A stretch of DNA of 64,000 bases from Schmidtea polychroa (lineage: Eukaryota). The notes below the pieces were generated by a model. The model did no database searches. It was not told the DNA's origin and saw only the letters and a program-made list of their open reading frames with translations. A program made the position numbers and the translations under genes. Shown in pieces: positions 23,758-40,438 of this stretch; the stretch's first letter is position 1; each line of letters starts with the position of its first letter. The stretch spans positions 34,536,001 to 34,600,000 of the forward strand of contig CM097885.1 of the NCBI GenBank assembly GCA_044892525.1. Reading direction: 5' to 3'.

Positions 23758-26696
23758 TCAACAAAGGTGCCGAAGAAAACCCTTTTAAAACAAACAACAT
23801 TAAAAAACAATTTCTGAAAAGTTCCAACCCACAATTCCAGATAATCCTTTAAAAAAAGAACATATTCCGCGTCTGTATGCGCACACTAACACGAAAAACA
23901 ATTTAACAACACCGCGCATACAGACGCGAGGCCGAAATCGGCTGAAACAATGAGTGTGTTTCATAAATGCATTTTTAGTATTTGCATGTAGTATTTAATT
24001 TTTCTATCACCTGTTCAATTTCTAGTGTATAATAAAATTTTATGTATTATTTATGTTTTTATATTATTGATATTATTAAGTTATTGATTTTTTCTCTTTT
24101 ATTATGGTACGTGTATCTCAGTGAAGTTTTGTATATATGCGATGATCTAATTTTAATGGTGCATGTGATCGAAATTATTCGATTTTTTAGATTTATTAAG
24201 AATTTCGTATTGAATTATAATTGTTTTTCCCAAGTTTGAATAAATATATTGGAATCGGTTTTATTTGAAATTAATTTATTAAAATGGAGTTTAATGGGTT
24301 GAATTATTTTGAGTCATCAAATAAAGTTATAAGAAATCAACAAATTATAAGTAATGATTATTAATCTAATTTAGACTATATGTCGAAGTTGAATTTCAAC
24401 GATGAACCAGGTGTTATAAAATATTCTGTAATTGTATTAATGAACCCCCACGTAAATTTGTTACAGTTCTCAACAAAACGATTTCTACTGGAATGAACGC
24501 AGCTTATTTCAATTTAAGTCTTGGAACCTATGAATATCGTGAAAAAACAATTAACTCAAAGAGAAAAACAGTTGATTTAGTTGAATCGTATTTCAGCCAT
24601 TGTTATAGTCCTTGACACAAAAAGACCAACAGATCGTATCTGGTTTTTTAAATTGTAATAAATATTCTGAAATGATGCAATAGTGCTTAATTGTACCTAG
24701 ATTGTAATAATGAAATTAACAATTAATTTAAACCTAATCTTCAAATTGATTTCAAATTATGTAAACTTTTCTAGAATAAGTACACTTTCAACTACGCTAC
24801 CCTTCGCGATGATTGAGGTACAAATAATTTTGACTTGTAATGTGATATATATAATTTATAGTTTCTAGACGATAAGTTACCAAAATGATTTTAGTAAAGT
24901 AATCTATCTTTTTGTAAACCTTTTTGGAGGTCAAAATATTTCAATTAATCTTGGTTTGCTCTTGCTTTTCACAGCGCTGCATACATCTAGTATTTGATTG
25001 CATTTTTTAACTAGCGCAATTTATTTGTCATATAATTACCATAAAATTTCGAATATAATGTACAGACGTATATAATATCCCTGATAGAGTATCACAAAAT
25101 TTTCTGATAAAATAAAATTCCGTTTATAATTCACATATATTCACATGTAACATTAGTCAACGTAACAACCTTTTAATAAATAATGTTTTACTTGGTAAGA
25201 TGTACAAATTGTGAGTGTTATTTTTTTTCAAAATGAAAAGTTTACAGATTATCTTTAATCTAATGTGAGAAAAAAATAATGATAAAACCAATATTATCAA
25301 ATATTTAGAATAATGTTGAAGACAGCGAAAAAGAGAGAAATTTATTTTAACATTTTACTTATAATTTGTCAGTAAAATAAACATCTTAATAAATAAATCA
25401 AAATATTACTTTGATAACGAAACTTATACAAGAAAGAAATAAGTAAATTATTTATTTAGTAATTAAAGAATTCGTTAATGACAATTAACAATTTCAATAT
25501 TCCAATAATTAATTTTGCTCGTCTTATGTCCTTAGGAACTCACATTAAATAATTACTCGAAATAAATGTTTGCTTGAATATTTCCGGAATGTGTAGCTGA
25601 AAGTTATTTAAATGTTATTTATCAAAAATTAATTTATTTATAAAGAATTTTATTAATTAAAAATAATAATTTTGAAAATTATACGCAAGTATGTGTATAA
25701 ATAAATTTATTTTATTTTATTCAATAAATTCAAAGTTAACAAAAAGTGAAACAAGTAGATATCTTGATTTGATTATCTTAATTTTTCAACAAAAACGAAA
25801 AATATATATTTCAATTTATTTAACTTTGTCTATCTTAAACCGACAAAAAATATTTCTGGAGAATGTCAACAAGAACTAATTAGTTATTTTTAAATAATTT
25901 TGAAACAAACATTTAAGAAATTAGTACAAAGTTTCTAAAATTTATAGTTTTAATAAAAATTATTCATAACTTTTTATTTTATTTTTAATTTAATTTAATT
26001 CAATTTAATTTGACTCGAATTAATTATAATTATCAGCTAGTGCTGTAGGAACAGTTTTTAACTTTAAGGGCCGTAATTCCCAGAAGTAAAATTATAAAAT
26101 TATTACAACTTTCTTTTATCTATGAATATTTTCATTGTCCATCTTATGATGACATGAAATCTGTTATTATAAATATTATCTTTATTTGATTCATTTCTTA
26201 TTTGAGTCATTTTTTGGAACCTTTCATTTCTCACGAATTATTCAAGGAACCAAGAAAATTCAGTAGACATAACAGTTGCTTCTAAGATTTGCAATACTCT
26301 CAATATTCGGGGTTGAAAATTTAAATTCCGTGATCAAAATCAACCATATAATAAAAAATTCCTCATTATTCCTAATTATTACATTGGGCTCAAAACCTAT
26401 ATTAAAATTATTAATTATTTTAAAATGATAAAACATTTTATAGCCTAAGGCATACTCGCAATATTGGATAAATTGTTTAATTTTTTTAAATAATATCTCA
26501 TAAAGTATAATATATAAATCGTTTCATCTTGAAGTCGACTCTAAATTTTCAAACATTTCGCACCGGAAACTCAAAACTCCTGTTCAGACTATCGTATACT
26601 TAATTGTCATTAAAAATGCATAAACTCTTTGAAATTTTGTTTTTTCTACTTGATTTAAAACCTTTTCCCTGACTTAGTTTGATTGGTTACTCATAG

Positions 26697-26875
<179 letters not shown>

Positions 26876-29800
26876 GAGGGACATCAGCAACCCCAGTAAC
26901 TCCACCTTTTAAATCAGTCGCATACAATTGCTGAAGAAGATCCAACATAATTATTTTGTTTTTAGTATTTGAGGATGGTTCAAAACTTCAGTCATTTTCA
27001 TTGACACATTGTGACCACTGTGAAGATAGTTTGCTAAGCTGCTTAATTGCGTTATCTTCTTTTTAATTCGACGGACTGAAGGTGAAAAAATTGTGACCAC
27101 TAAATTCATAATTTTGTTTTTCGTACTTTTTTCAATCCAATATCAACATTTATTAAATTTGCACATCATCGACAAATTGCTTCAAAAGTTGTTTTAATGT
27201 GACTTAAAAATAATTTTATATTCATAATCGTCCATTTTTAACAAATCTTTAATATTGAAATCAACAAGTTTATTTTTATACAATATTTTAACATACTAAA
27301 TCTTTCCATCATTTGCAGTAAGGTGCTCGATGTTGTTTTACAAATTGTTCGAATGGCCTGTCTAAAATCAATTTTTACTTATTTTTGTAAATATTTGTCG
27401 TTTTATGTTGGTGATATAGATGATTTTGTTAACCTCTTCATACATAACAAGTATGGACTACGAATATTTCATATGAAAAGACTTTACTCAATTTCATAGA
27501 CATGTCAGTTATCATGCACCCAAAATGTCTTTTCGAGCAAATATCAAATTTAGGAAACTCAGAAACTAGATTTTATAATTTATTAATTTATCAGTAAAAC
27601 TGCCTTTCATTTTCGATTCCAAATTGAAATCAGCCGGATTTATTGAATTGTTCACAAAAAATAAAGTTATTTTCAACAGAGAAAAATACTGAATAAAATA
27701 TGCGTGACTTCACCGAAATCAAAACAATATAAAACTTATAAACTTCGAAAATTTTTATGTTTTCCAGAAAAAATAATTTGTAATTTGCTTGGATTTAATA
27801 AATATAATTAAAATATCAGTGAAATCATTTACCCTTTTCACCGCTAAACCATTAATATCATTATTAATTTCATTTATCCTCATTTCAAACAATAAATCAA
27901 TATTTATATTTATTTAACATGAATTTTCGCCATAATCTTTTTCAGTTGTTTAATGACCAGTTTTAATATGTTAATTCAAATAGTTATGTCATTTACATTC
28001 CGTAATTCTTACTCATGGAAAGGTTTACTAAAATTTCAATTGTAGCACTGTCTTAGAGCGGTCATTTTTACTGAATTATATTATATTAAACATACACTTG
28101 TTTTAAACTATTAATTTTTTCTAGTCATTCTTATGGGTAGTACTTTATACTAACCATAATATAATCTCCATTACATATAAATTGCATATAATATTAAATA
28201 TTAAAAAAAAAGATCACATTTAAAAAATTAAAAATTAGCGTTATTTATTTTCTTATTTCATATCTCTATTAAAAATTAGAAAAGATCATAAATTTAATTA
28301 TTTATCACATTTTAGATAGCTGCTATAACTTGTTTTTATTTCTAGAAATGATTAAGTAATTATAAATATAAATAAAAAAGATCGAATGTTCAATTTAATT
28401 TAATTTAAGTTGAAATTTATTCTTCAGAAAATTCACATTAAACAAAAACACAGAAAAATAATATAAAATTTTCATTTGAAAGTGTAAATTTGTCTTTTGA
28501 TTTTCTACATAATCACTTATTCATGATATAAATCAACAAAATTATTCTCTCAAAAATCAATAAAATAACAAATCAGTAATTAATTTTTAATTAATGATTA
28601 AAATTATAAAGAAATTATTCATAAAAATGTGATTTTTTATTTTATTTTTTTTGTTTTCAAATTTAAACAATTAATTATTATATAATTTAAATTTTTAGAG
28701 TTTATTATTTTTTGTGTTGAAATTTTTAATACATTTTCAAAATAGTCGAATATTGAATATGGACCGATTAAATAGTAAGAATTTTTTATCAGGAATATTT
28801 TATATATTTTTTCAATTATCTTTATATTAAGTTCAAAAATTGTTTTATTCAAACATTGTTATGATAAAAGTGATTTTGGTCATTAAAATAGATTTTAAAA
28901 ATTTTTAAAAGTTTTTTCACCATTGATTTTATTTTTATTGGATAAAAATTTGTATTTTTATATATACAGTCGATCAATATTTTGTTTTAGTTAACATGAA
29001 ATTATGGCAGTCACTTTATAATCTAAAATGAATGGAAGCTTATTGATATATAATAATACTACTTATAAGTGTTTCAACTTGCAAACGTATACGAACTTTC
29101 AAAGGGAAAAAACAATTTCCACAGTTGTGTTGAAATCATTGTTAATGTTGTGCAAGGCAATGTTGACAATAGTAAAACAAAGTTGCATTGTGAAACCACA
29201 ATAAGTGATTTTTATCGTTATTGAATACAAAAAACAAACGATTAATGCGGAAAACTATATATAAACAACGAAGTGGTTTTATAGCAGCAAATTGTTACCA
29301 ATCATATCATCTTTATTAGGTGGAGCTGATTTATTAAGTAAACCGTCATAAATGTTGAATTGTTTTATTATCATTATGAACAATTAAACAATTAGCTATC
29401 AGTCGTTTAACTAACCTTATTCTAAATTTAAGTCATCAAGTTTTAATGGAGAAAATCCAATTCAAGTAAGCTTTGAGAAATGAGTATAGACAAGCGTCGT
29501 AAAAAGTATCGAATTCATCTATAACATATATAATATTCATAACTCATTCCTGTATATTTTGCCTGTTGCTAACGTGCAGCGAGCTCAAGTTTAGACAGTA
29601 AGTAAATGTATGTTTCACATTTGTTAGGTAAAACAATAATCTGCATAGCATTCACCTGTAAGAAATATTTGATAAATTCTTAAACCCATTGATTAAGAAT
29701 ATTTTCAAATCATGAATATCTCAATAAAACTTTCGAACTGTAATTGAAATTAAATAAAGATGTTTTTGATAAATTACGTTTTCGGCTTTATTCGCGTAAA

Positions 29801-31639
29801 ATGAAAATGCAAACTGTGAATACGAGATTATTTAATTAATTCACTAAATCAGTCCTATCAGAAAAATAATAATTTCTGTAAATTTTATTATGATAAATTG
29901 ATAATGAAAGTCCTTTACTCGAAATATTTTTGAATTATTTAGTGGTTTTGTTTATCTACTTGGAAAATTTTAAATGAATTGTTTTATTGTAGAGGAAAAT
30001 TCTTTGAAAAAATTGCAAATTGAAACATTAATTTGTATTATTTTATATTGTAATACAAATACTAAACTTACTTGATATATTTTAATTATTAATTTTATTT
30101 GTTTTATTCCCATAATATATAATAAAGTAAGATTAAAAGGATAAAACAATACATTTTTTCAAACAATAAATATTTGGCGACAATTTATAAGTTTAATAAA
30201 CACTCTTGTGTTTAGGTGAAAGATTCGCGTCAATTAATAAATAAATAAAAGAAAATACAAAAGGAAAAAATAGATACTTTATTGTGGGAAAATATTGGCA
30301 GGCGGAAACTAAAAAGAAATATTAAATGATGATAATTAATGAATTTATGAAATAATTATCCAAAACCTACAAATGAAATAAGAACAATATAACATTGCTA
30401 AAAATGGGAAGTAATTCTTTTTTTAAATGCAGAGAAATTTCAAAAATTTTCTAAAGCAACGCACGAATTTTGCATGAAAAGGAAGACGAAAAAAATACAG
30501 GGAACCCTTGAACCAATATCTTTTTTATAACCATACATTGTGATAAAACAACGAATTTGAACAAGAGAAATGATCAACTATTTTTTGGAGCCCAATATTA
30601 GATTTAATTATTCTAGCAATTTTCAAGAGAGTCGAAGATGAATTAACAGAAAAAGATTATAAAAGATTATTCCAATGATTGATATGAAAGCCCAAAATAT
30701 CCTCCACTACAAAATTGTTTTTGAATTTAAAAAAAATTTTAGTATCAATAAATTTTAATATGCTTTTGGGAGATTATTTAATAATTATTTAAATTTGTTT
30801 TTAAAATAAAATATTCATTGAATTATTGACAATACAATCAATCTCATTTGTTTTAGATTTTCATCATTTTTTATCTTTTCATAAGTTCTACAAATATCTT
30901 TTTGTCAGACCATTAACGGGTAAATCATTTGGTAAGTCTTGCATTCAATATTTATTATAATCTGTAAGATTCTTCTAATGCTTTATGTACTTCCTCACAA
31001 AATCACAAACTGACTGAGAGAAGATAACTTATATTACTGTGGAGTGTCAAATTCATTACTTGTATATAATTTCTAGGCTTCTCCAACTTTATTCCGACAT
31101 TTTTCAAATATTTTCTACATTTTATTTCTCTTTCCAGAAGTTTAGTATTTTATATTTCTAGATAATACTTAATGTTTAGTTTGTTTGCAAGAATTATGGA
31201 TATGGACGCACGGGAGCAATTTGGTACCCCCTACTACTCTATAATTAATCAGAAGTTAACAAATATTTTCATTAATTATTTCCTTTTACTTTATTATTCT
31301 TATTTAATTAATTAATTATTATAATTGTATTTCTTTATATTTGAATATTTAACTTATTTTGAATGAAAAGGGTAATATATCTATGATAATTGTTTTTGAT
31401 AATTGTTTTTATGATAATTGTTTTTGAAATACATAATTTAAATTAAAACATTTTAATAATTATTATTTTAGAATTGATTTTAGTCAAAAATTAAAAAAAG
31501 GACCTATTCCATATTTCTTAATCAAATACCATTTTATATGTTAAAGTCTAGTTAATTTTTATTTGTTGTTTAATATTTGATCTCTATATATGTTGTCAAG
31601 TATTTGTTCTTTTTATGTGTTGTCTAGTTTTTGGTTGAA

Positions 31640-32452
31640 ATAATAATATTATTATTATCATTGAAATTTCTATTAAAAATTGACTTAAAAAATTATTTCA
31701 TAAACTTTTCCATTAAAAAGTTTTATTTCTCAAAATGTTTGTGGTTATTCAATCTTTTGATAATAAATTTAAAAATATAAATTTAAAAAATTTACTTATT
31801 TAACTTTAATTTAAAATTATAGACCATTGATTACTTAATTAAAAAATCTGCACTTTAATTTACTTAAATTTAAAAATTTGAACCTTAATTTACTTTAATT
31901 CAAAATTCTGAGCCTTAATTTACTTTAATTCAAAAATTTAAACCTTAATTTACTTTAATTTAAAATTTGAACCTTAATTTACTTAAATTCAAAAATTTGA
32001 GCCTTAATTTACTTTAATTCAAAATTCTAAGCCTTAATTTACTTATTTAATTTTAATTTACTTTAATTTAAAAATTTAGACCATAATTTACTTTACTTTA
32101 CAAATTTGGACATTAATTTACTTATTTACCAAGCTTTTTTTATTGAAGACCGCCTTTTTGTATTGAAATTCTCAGGACCCACCTTAATTTACTTGGAAAA
32201 TTTCATGCTTTTTTGGTGATAGTCGAATTTTGTATTGAAATTCTCAGGTTCAAGGAGAGCCCCTCACTATAGTCAGAGAAATGCTTGGCTTTTTTGGTGA
32301 AGACCCCTTTTTGTATTGAATTTTTTTGTATTGAAAATCCCAGAAAAAAAAGTGTAGCTCACTGCAGCAGTTACGTAACCAAAAAGCAAAAAACAATTCG
32401 AGCAGCAACCCCCCCTTGGGGGCTTGCTGCAGTGAGCTACTAACAACATACT
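31640..32452. mobile_element. Second, diverged Polinton-like terminal region
   Basis: Colinear with 2799-4753: ~30-bp repeats (ccttaatttactttaattcaaaatt), a few 80-bp-type units, and a 16-bp inverted repeat 32354-32369/32425-32440. The end reads AGTATGTTGTTAGTAGC on the minus strand. Confidence 0.55.
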
Positions 32453-33019
32453 TTTTTTAACTTTCAAAAACTATTTAAACATAGTTCATGAAATATTGTT
32501 CTTCAAAACACCTTCTTTCATGTGCCTGCATCGTTAAAATGGTACATTGGTTTTACCTCTCCCAAACAGTATGTTTTCTACTGTAAATTGCCTTGCATAT
32601 TTATTATGCATTTATTAATTGGTCATTAATAATTTTGACCCCCCTATACAGTGTATGATAGGATATAATATCGTAATATATTATCGTAATATAATACCGT
32701 AATATTTCATCGTAAATTTTGCGATAGATACGGCTTATAGAGATGCTTTAAAAAGAAAATTTCACATTTCTTAAAAATTGGGTAAATTGTGACACAGAGA
32801 ATTAGAAAATCAAGTGCAAAATTCATTAGTTTTAGCAAACCTAGCATTTTTAACTGACACTACCCAAGCATTTGAACGAACTGAATTTAAATATTAGGCA
32901 AAGAAACAAAATATTGTGCAATTATTTGGACATTTCTCTGAATTTATTACTAAATTAAAACTGTTTTAATTTACTTTCACTTATAGTAATTTTTTATTTT
33001 TTCATTCTTTCCCATACAC

Positions 33020-33021
<2 letters not shown>

Positions 33022-33103
<82 letters not shown>
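33022..33103. repeat. (TTA)n microsatellite at the PLE 3' end
   Basis: Direct reading. Confidence 0.97.
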
Positions 33104-33104
<1 letters not shown>

Positions 33105-34818
33105 TAAAACAATAAAGTGATAATTTAAGCCTTTTGCTGCGAATAATGTATTTAATGAAAAAAATTCTCCTGGAATTTAGCAATCTTCTTCCCGAACATA
33201 CATCTTTATCTTTCTCTTATTTCCTTTTTCTAAATTCTCATTGGTTATAAATATCATATAATGATATACTTCAAAATTAAAAATGACAACTAAAATTTTT
33301 TAATTTTTAAAGCTTTTATAATTAGCCCCTAGAAACCTACCTTAATAAAATATTTTAAAATAAAGGCTTCCAATAACTATTTATATACGCGGTTAAAATA
33401 TTTTAATAAATGTGTTAATTTTGATTTTTAATTCCTTTCTTTTGAAAGTATATTTCCTAAAATTTCTATATTATTCTAATTATTACTTATTTTAATTTTT
33501 TTTATATTTTTTATATATTATCAGTAATTCTCAAGGTCATTGACACCAAATCAAATTTATGATTTCATTGATTTCTTCTTTAGTGTTGATTTTTGGCCGT
33601 CTGTTTATAATGAGAATTGCTTCTTTGAATCTGACATTTTTTTGGATCTTTCCATTAGCTATGATTTCGATTGAAATATTTTTTCTATCCTTTGTTGATT
33701 GATATTGTTGGAGATATCTGTTCATCGAGGATTTTCCACAAGGATCTAGATGTTCTTTAACTCTTTGGTGCAAGGTCCTGAGTGTACTTCTAATGTATAT
33801 TTCCTTGCATATATTGCACGTGATGCAATAGACGATGTTTTTTCTAAAGCACTTATCTTTCGGTGTCTGGCAGTTTTCCATTGTGCAATTGTTTTCTTTA
33901 TTTGTGTTGTATGCCAGAGCTTTTCTCAATGTCCAAGATTTATGAGCTATCCGAATCGGAAGACCGGTGTGTTTAAATTCTTTCAGGATCTTGAAGTCGA
34001 GTATGTCACTGATGAATGGGATATTCAGATAGAAATATTTCTTCTTTTTTGTGTTATTTCCATAGATCCTTTTGGGGTAGAATTCATTCTTTCATGTCCT
34101 CAACTTGATATCCATTTTTGTGTAGGATTTTTATTGAAATTTGATTGCTGTTTAAAGTTCTCGTTTTCTTCAGTGCATCGATTGGCTATCCTTTGTTTCT
34201 CGTTTTTAATGACATGTAATTTCTGTAAGTATGGAAGCGCTGATCTTTGGTGCATAAATATTTCTTTGTGAGCTGGTTTTCTGTAGAACCCGTATGTTGG
34301 AGTATTTGTTTCTATTTTAATTCTTAAATCCAATAAATTGAGGGATCCATCTTCTTCCGGATATTCAATTTCAAACTTAATATGTCAGTGAGCCGTTTTG
34401 AATGTATGAAATATTTCCTCCGCTTCTTTTCTGCTTTTGGTCGTGATAAAGATATCATCTACATATCTTGCATAAAACCGATGAGTTGTATGATCCTCAG
34501 TATCTGTCGTTCGAGATTATCCATAAAGATGATTGCTAGCAATCCTGATATGCTAGAACCCATAGGCAGACCTTTAACTTGTTTATAGATATTTTGCTCA
34601 AAGGTAAAATAGGTGTTCTCGAGGATAACAGTAAGTAGTTTATTGATATTCTCGATATTCATTTCCTTTATTAACAAGTTGGTTTCTCTTAATTTCTTTT
34701 CTAAACATTGAATAGCCTCTTTTGGTTCGATAGATGTGTATAGTGATGCGACATCAAGACTGAATGAGTATTTGAATTCTCTATGAGAAGTTATGTTATT
34801 ATTTAATCTTGTCATGGA
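33104..34818 (-). mobile_element. 5'-truncated, frameshifted Penelope-like element (second family)
   Basis: RT motifs FSLDVASLYTSI, YKQVKGLPMGSSIS, RYVDD and FYRKP, and GIY-YIG NIVYCITCNICKEIYI..T.R.L..R.KEH..KEAILI...PKIN, spread over ORFs 34459-34869, 34100-34333 and 33537-33929. Confidence 0.9.
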
Positions 34819-35860
34819 ACATTTCTCTGAATTTATTCCAAAATTAAAACTGTTTAAATTTACTTTCACTAATAGTAATTTTATATTTTTTCATTTTTTC
34901 CATACATATTTAATGCAACCAATATTAGAAGATACGGAGGACCAATTTGCAAATTTAAGGAAATTAAAAAAACATAGCAATTTTATTCGGTCTCTTATTA
35001 TTGATATTGAAACTGCCGCAAATTTTGAAATTCAGTTGGTGCTAAATGATTTACAATCGGACCCTTTTTATTGGAACAATAACGTTCAGTTTTTAAATTA
35101 CTATTAAAAGAGAAATACCAAATATTAAGGAATATTTTAACTCAGAATATGTTGCATTTCTTTGTGAAATCTCCTCATCAAATACGAAATTTATTAAATT
35201 TAATTATAGGAATTCTTTGACTGATATCTTTCTATCAAATTTACCGAGACTTCCAAGAACAAATATTAATATTGAAATAACAACTTTGGTTAAAGAAGCA
35301 GATCTACCAAAAGGGTAGTCATTAAAACGAAATTTATTTGTTTTATCTTTTATTCAATTTTTCTGATTTTGTTTTGTTTTTATTATAAGTATTATATAAT
35401 TATATTTTGTTGCAGTAACGAAATCGGTCAATAAATCGAACAATAATCTAAAAAGTGATTTGGGTTTTATTTTTTATTTTTTGACATATTTAGATATATT
35501 CAAGTGGTACAAGAGATATAATACATACATTTACATTCAATTTATTAGTTTTTAGATGAAGAAATAATTCTTTAAATTTTATTTGAGCTGGATCATTTGA
35601 CTAAACCTATTTACTAATTATTTTCAAAATTTAAGATGACAATTTGTTGAAACTCGATATCTTAAATTTATTAATTCCATAAAAATGAAAATTTTAATTA
35701 AATTTGATTTTCAATGAATTCAACAACTAGAAAAAGAAAATCGCGGCAATTTTCATTGTTGAATTGTTACGATTAAATTCCGGAAAATGACAAGATATTT
35801 CCCAACAAAATCTAAATTTAAATACTAAACAATTATCTATCATTATTAAATTCCTATTTA

Positions 35861-35966
<106 letters not shown>

Positions 35967-36283
35967 AATAAAAAGAGAGCTTGAAGACTATAAATCAGTA
36001 ATATATCGATGTTTTTTGATACTCACGAATTCTTGGCACTGCTTTTTCAAGTGAATTTGATCATTATTGCATTATTGCATTATTGCAATTATTGTTGGGG
36101 AAAAATAAATTTATTTCGTATTTTATAATATATTTATTGGTATAATTATATTTTAATTACCCAAATAATATTTCCTATTTTCTATATTTTATTTTATAAA
36201 AAGACGTTTTTTAATTTTTATATATTTTAAATTTAAAAGTATAAAATGATGATTTCTTGGTAGCAGCATTTATTATTTAAAAC

Positions 36284-36574
<291 letters not shown>

Positions 36575-38053
36575 TTCTTTATCATCGGAAATAATGAATT
36601 ATTAATAATTAATTGAAGCAAAGTAAACATTCAATCATGTTTTGAATATTAAATTTCTACTTAAAATATATTAAACAATGTCTTGAGAGTTTGTTTAACT
36701 GAGATTCATCAAAGGAAATTCATTTTTACTTAGACAAATTTAAAATTTTTCTCTATTTCTAGTAACAAATATTTAATTTTAAGAGTTAATGTAAATTTTA
36801 TTATATAATTTTTTGGTCTAAAAATTTCTAATGACTTTTTTCTCAACATTATTTTATGTATTATTTTGGAAATAAATTTGATGATTATACATATTTATTA
36901 TAGGTATATAGTAATGATTGAAGCACTAATAATTATAAATATAAAAGCATAAAAATATGTTTGAAGCAGAATTAAATTTTACATTCAGGAATCACGAAAC
37001 ATTTGAATGCTAGAGAAACATCTTCTATCAGCAGAAACCTCAAATAATGTCAATCAAAGAGTAAAATTAAAGAGATAATAATTATTCTTATTACTAGAAG
37101 TGACGATCTTAAAGACCTCGAGCATGAAAAGAGACGACCTTGATTTGATATCGTAGTTTAATAGTAAACTTTAAGTAAGAAACAAATGAAATATTTAGCG
37201 TTATTATTTGTAAGAAATTTACTTTTGAGGAAAGGTTTTAGTTATCTCGTATTTTCTCTTTTTTCCTATTGTAAAATATTACTAAATTTTAATTCTTACT
37301 TTCAAAACTCAATTATTCACTTCTAAATTATTTTTAGATCTTAAAAGACGTTATTGAAGTCGGATTTTCATCATATTAAGTTGGAGGTAATATTTTAAAA
37401 GGAACTAAAGCACCCATTGAATATTCCATCTATTTTCTAAAATATATCCAAAAGGTTTATTTCTTAATCTAAATTTTCACCTAATAAAACAAAGAATTTG
37501 CCACGGAGTCTCTTCTCAATAATTAGTTAACATTTGATTTATATTGCTACCGAGTTTAGTGATGCGTTAAACGGTCTTATCGACATCTATATAAATCCTA
37601 AATGGCATAATTAAATAAACAATATTTGGAACTTCTCAATAACTGAACTTTTGTTAATAAATGTTCCAGCTTTCCAATCACATTAAAAATACAATTTTTA
37701 GTATTTATATTATTTTGTAATATATCTAATGTAAAGATTTTATTGAATTATTCTGTTTAAAAAAGATTTTTGTACTTTTTTATTGGGCTTTTTGTATAAT
37801 ATATATTCAATTCAAAGTCAATAAAAACTTCCTTTGTTTTAATATCTCAGTGATTAGTTAATTTAGTTGATCTTTTTATACTATTTCTATGAAATACGAT
37901 AAATCTGAAATTAAACCCAGGATATTTGGAGAAGTTATTGCCTGAGTCAAATAACTGGATGCCAAAGGAATTGCATAAACCATATTTTGTTGGTATATAT
38001 ATTTATATATATTTATATTTATTTATATATATATATTGTTGGTATATATATTT

Positions 38054-38257
38054 ATACCTTAGCCCGGATTTTGTAATAAATTATATGATGGTTATGGCAA
38101 AAAGGTTTTTGTGAATGTATGTACCAATGATAAGGTGTCTCAAGGGAAAGATATAAGTGATGAAAAATTAGCTTAATTACTAAAACTTAGGAATGATTTT
38201 CCAAAGTTCAGAATTTCCATGAGTTTAGGAGTCACGCATATGGAAAAAGATCACAAT
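38054..38257 (+). pseudogene. PIH1D1: PIH1D1 (R2TP subunit) N-terminal PIH domain fragment
   Basis: IP*PGFCNKLYDGYGKKVFVNVC..KV....DISDEKLA*LL....PKFRISMSLGVTHMEKD resembles PIH1D1 PQPGFCIKT..GKVFINIC..FRIPMSLGEPHAELD; two in-frame stops. Confidence 0.75.
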
Positions 38258-38299
38258 TTATTAGCCAAACCCGCCTTCACACCAAGAAATCATCGTTTT

Positions 38300-38754
<455 letters not shown>

Positions 38755-40351
38755 TATAATAATATAATAATTTTCATTTTTAATGTCCAAATGTTTTTTT
38801 TTCAGCATATTTCTTCAAAAGTTTCAAATCAACCTGTTGAAGCAGATCCTAAGGACTCTGGTGAAAATAACAAATTTCGGATTGTCAGAAAGCGAAAATA
38901 AAATTATTTATATATAAACTGAAAGTTTACAAAATTCGCAAATCAATATTTTCAAGGTAAAAGCGAAAACTGAAAGTAAAATGAAAAAAATGAAATAGAA
39001 TTTAATAATTTCAAATCAATTGGGGTCTCAAGGGATCACAAATTCAAAATACAAATTAATTAATAAAAGAATTGCTTACCTCATTAATTATAGGAAGCGT
39101 GTAAAAAGATTTGTTGGATTGAAAGAAGTAAAATTAATTTGATTAACCGTATAAATAAAAATGAAATCAAAGATTAATCAAAGTTTTTCTCTGTGGACAA
39201 AGAATCAAATTTGTCATTTACTGATCATATTCAACGAAGGATAGTCATCCTTGTTATTTGAAAATTGGAAAATGTGTAATTGTGATCTGTGACTAGAATC
39301 AGAGGTCTATAGTTATATTATTCAATTAAATTTCGATACTTTTGGGTTTCATTATTTAATATAAAAACATGGGGAGTCTGGGTGAATGTTTAATCCTGCC
39401 AAAAAATATTCTAAACTTAACTGTATTTTGTTGTTTAAAGTTTTAGGGTTAGATTTATATCCGTTGGAAATACCACTAGACTCATTTTTTATTTATTATT
39501 TATTTATTATTTTATTATTTTATTATTTTAAGAATACATATGTTGGTTTTTATATACGTCGTTAGATACGTTTTTATACACCGACTCCCTCATTTCGCAA
39601 AGAATTACGTATACCTATTTTTATGGCTAACTTCCCCGTTAATCTAGCGTTAATTGAAATAATACTAACGTTGTAAATGTTCAATTTCTGTTCTGATTTT
39701 AAATAAAATATTTTTTGGATTTTTTCCCTCAAAAAAACATCTTTTCAAATCGGTTTTGAGAATTCAAAATTTCGATTAGTGATTTTTGATTGGGAAAACT
39801 GGCCAAAATTGGGCTTCATTAGAGAAAGATTTTTAGATCCCAAGAGAATGGTAATTTCCTTTCTAGATTGGGAGCTAAATCTTATATCTCATTCTTAAGC
39901 ATTTATCAGATTGATAAAAAATGAGTGCTATATTAATTATATGATCAGTAAATTGTTTTCATTTAAATTATTATTAATTTTAATAATTGATTAAATTAAT
40001 TTGTGATTAACGTTCAAGTTTCAAAATGTCAAAATTTATTAATGAAATAAATTTATTATCATAAATTTAAGTTTATTTACATTTTTATATAAATATTTAT
40101 TTTACAATATTATCAAAATCAGGGACGATTTAAAAATAAAGTTGTTTGTTTGTTCGGTTAAACCAGTTAATACTAAATTTGAATCTAACAATTCGTAATA
40201 TAATTACGAGGTGCTCATAAAAACAAAATAAATGATGCTAATTTATAATAATCAAATTTGGTAAATCTAATAATGAAAAGAAATTCAAATAATAATAACA
40301 AATTTAAAATGTTTTTTATTATTATTGTTAATGAAATATTACACATAAAAG

Positions 40352-40353
<2 letters not shown>

Positions 40354-40438
<85 letters not shown>
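40354..40438. repeat. (TAA)n microsatellite
   Basis: Direct reading. Confidence 0.97.

Noticed and set aside
30270..30700. Possible Tc1/IS630 transposase relic
   Set aside because: Too decayed; no catalytic motif or TIR could be read.
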